Source: Squalus acanthias
Taxonomy: Eukaryota
Reading direction: 5' to 3'
NCBI GenBank assembly: GCA_030390025.1
Contig: JASTWF010000033.1
Coordinates: forward strand, 3,288,001-3,352,000
DNA length: 64,000 nucleotides
The translations under genes were made by a program, and so were the position numbers. Shown here in pieces: positions 62,501 through 64,000 of this stretch. Position 1 is the first letter of the stretch, and every line of letters begins with the position of its first letter. The notes beneath the pieces are model-generated. The model saw only the letters and a list, made by a program, of their open reading frames with translations. It did not search any database and was not told where the DNA came from.

Positions 62501-62799
62501 TAATTTATTATGTCACGGTCTTTTCTAACATTTAAAATACAAGCTTTACAAAGAAAGAAGTGGACAAGACTTTAGTTTAGCACAAATGCATCAAATGAAA
62601 TGTTCACCCGGCAGCGCGAGAGAGAAGATTCAGAGAAAAGGACAGAAGCAAATCGATGAATATAAAACGATATACATATTTCCCATCCTTGATGTTTCTC
62701 TATTCCATCGCCAACCCTTCAGTGCCGGATAAATAATTTCAGTTAAAATCGTTCAGTTCGAGAACCGGCACCGGCAGAAAACTCAAATGAATTGAAAAC

Positions 62800-62860
62800 T
62801 GCCGAAACCCGGGATTGAACCAGGGAACTTTAGATCTTCAGTCTAACGTTCATCCAACTG
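62800..62860 (-). pseudogene. tRNA-Phe(GAA), 5'-truncated
   Basis: tgccgaaacccgggattgaaccagggaactttagatcttcagtctaacg...caactg, then the match breaks off. Confidence 0.85.
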
Positions 62861-63261
62861 TTTGTAAAAAATGACATTTTAGGTAAGAACACAAAAGACA
62901 TGTCCGCGCAACCACAGCACCAAGTGCGGGTCGGCATCCACTTGAAATGTACAGTGAGGTGAAATATTACCACAAGCTGCTGATGGACATGTTTCCATGT
63001 CTAAAACACACGAACCTGACAATGCAGCTCCTGGGAAAACTGTAAATCCACGCAGAGCTGTCCGGCATCATTTGAAACAACAGTCAGACACAAGATTCTG
63101 CCAGTTTCAAATGGCTTCTCCTTCTGCTCCGATCACTTCTTTCCCTCCAGCCTCCTCTGCTCCTCCAGCCTGCAGGTGAATTAGATGCTTGATGCAAACG
63201 CGGCGAATTCATGACACAAACCCTTCCCTTTCCCTCCAAAAACAGCAGCGCTTGCTCTGTA

Positions 63262-63331
63262 GCGGAAATAAAGCAGTTGGGGGAGCGACTGGAGATTTTA
63301 AAGGTCCCTGGTTCAGTCCCGGGTTTCACTA
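63262..63331 (+). pseudogene. tRNA-Phe pseudogene
   Basis: gcggaaata...cagttgggggagcg...aaaggtccctggttcagtcccgggtttc. Confidence 0.8.
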
Positions 63332-64000
63332 ATTTAAAGTTTATTTGAGTTTCTTTCCGCTGCTATTCTCGACCTGAACGATTTAAACTGGAATTACTTA
63401 TCCGGCACTGAAGGGTTGGCGATGCAATAGAGAGACATCAAGGATTCATATGTATATAGTTTTTTTTAATATCTATTCTCTTCTGTGCTTTTCTCTGGAT
63501 GTTGTCTCTCTCGGTGCCGGGTGAACATTTCATTGATGCATTTGTCCAAAACTGAAGCCTTTTGCACATCTCGCGGGGTCAGAGCCGCTCTGTCTGTCTC
63601 TTCCTGCTTGTGACCATTAACGGGAACAGGCCGCCAGTTCAAAGTTCATCAGCAAACCCAGAAACACAAATAAACAGAAAGATGAGTCTCTCCGCCTCGG
63701 TGGCAAAGGTGTCCGTCATTTTACAGAAGGCAAGGAAGTGTATTTTGGATTGCTGCACCGAATGATGCGCTGCTGACTGTTGCGGCAGTAGCAGCGGTGC
63801 AGCAAGTTGAAAGCTTGATCAGGCTGCTTTGAGTGGTGGCAGTTCAAACAGCCCCAAAACGCAATGTTTCCTTACCGAGAATCGAATCCGGATCGTAGCT
63901 TTTCCTCAGAGACAGAAAGAAAGACAGAGACACACAGACGGAGAGAAGCCGTCGGGAAATTGAACACTGATCACTATACTATCAAGGACCTGGTAGAGGA

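Overview
This is eukaryotic, repeat-rich DNA, most likely from a cartilaginous fish. That host call is inferred from the dominant CR1/HER1-type LINEs with (AACATAAG)n-like tails, SacSINE1/DeuSINE-type SINEs and a GPR139-like receptor pseudogene. The left part holds a decayed Harbinger transposon, the two-exon GPCR pseudogene, micro- and minisatellites, nested LINE/SINE insertions and a CpG-island promoter with an orphan minus-strand exon. The centrepiece (27122-35390, minus strand) is an 8.3-kb endogenous retrovirus-like provirus resembling lokiretroviruses. It has ~1.2-kb LTRs, a tRNA-Arg PBS, a PPT and a coiled-coil/CCHC Gag. Its Pol is in frame behind a UGA and has lost RT, most of RNase H and the integrase core. 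Its Env looks like a Mononegavirales/baculovirus F-type fusion protein preceded by a putative Ig-like domain. The right half is a segmentally duplicated, mostly decayed Pol III cluster (Phe, Ile, Val, Gln, Lys, Leu, Trp and Pro tRNA copies) that includes a vault RNA gene, with many CR1 fragments and a TAA-flanked MITE. All calls come from reading the sequence by eye; no database searches were run.
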